The translations under genes and the position numbers were made by a program. Below the pieces are notes generated by a model. That model worked only from the letters and a program-made list of their open reading frames with translations, did not search any database and was not told the origin of the DNA. 36,759 nt of DNA from Octopus bimaculoides (lineage: Eukaryota): positions 34,898,978 through 34,935,736 of the forward strand of contig NC_068986.1 in the NCBI RefSeq assembly GCF_001194135.2, written 5' to 3'. The stretch's first letter is position 1; each line of letters starts with the position of its first letter. Below are positions 36,159 through 36,759 of this stretch, in pieces.

Positions 36159-36324
36159 GGAAAGCCACATTTCCAATTCCAAAAACCATCGATTACAGGT
36201 AGCATAATATTTCACTATAACCCCTGCCAAGCTGCTGGCAGGGGAATATGAAATAGATAAGGACATTAAAAGGATTTACCAAACATAACCAGACAAAGAA
36301 AATAGAGATGGCATGTATTATATA

Positions 36325-36336
36325 TACACACATATA

Positions 36337-36393
<57 letters not shown>

Positions 36394-36692
36394 GTATGTA
36401 TGTATGTATGTATATATGTGTGTGTGTGTGTGGTACATGTCTGTGTAAATGGATGCATGCACTAAGGTACATATATGCAGAGTCACATTATGTGTACATG
36501 TCTCCTTGGGTTGATATGTTTGTGTGTTATGGATGGGTGGGTCTATGGCTGTGTGTGTATGCATGAGAATATATGTGAAGCCATACATATTTGCACATAC
36601 AATTATGTACATGCTTGTTTCAAGTCTGGTGGGGTACATGTGTGTATAGTTGAAGGAAGGGTGCGTGTTTGCATGTAGATTGTATGTTTGAT

Positions 36693-36759
<67 letters not shown>
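36325..36759. repeat. (AT)n, (ATGT)n, (GT)n and (AC)n microsatellite-rich tract
   Basis: Direct reading of the sequence. It explains the YIYIYI and HTHT ORFs. Confidence 0.95.

Overview
AT-rich, microsatellite- and SINE-dense animal genomic DNA with seven assembly gaps. The repeat content resembles octopus/cephalopod DNA (inference, not verified). The window holds the 3' half of a single + strand TCF/LEF (pangolin, TCF7L2-like) Wnt-effector gene. Three exons are firm: 8340-8502 (C-terminal half of the HMG box plus the basic tail), 27622-27694 (73-nt first half of the C-clamp, [19 protein letters not shown]) and 35864-36158 (RRKKKCIRF plus an acidic/Ser-Pro tail). They are separated by introns of about 19.1 and 8.2 kb. 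The N-terminal exons and the first half of the HMG box are not visible and probably lie upstream. The introns contain tRNA-derived SINEs, RTE-like 3' tails, minisatellites and microsatellites. The most interesting signal is a possible alternative-splicing cassette around the C-clamp that parallels vertebrate TCF7L2 E/M/S isoforms. It comprises tandem in-frame donors, candidate symmetric phase-1 cassette exons, candidate frame-shifting exons after the CRARF exon, RBFOX motifs, inverted SINE pairs, and a UAG stop followed by an open frame and a splice donor. All of these extra exons are predicted from splice signals alone and need RNA evidence. Nearly all other ORFs in the track are low-complexity or N-gap artefacts. 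No CRISPR array, rRNA or true tRNA gene was seen.
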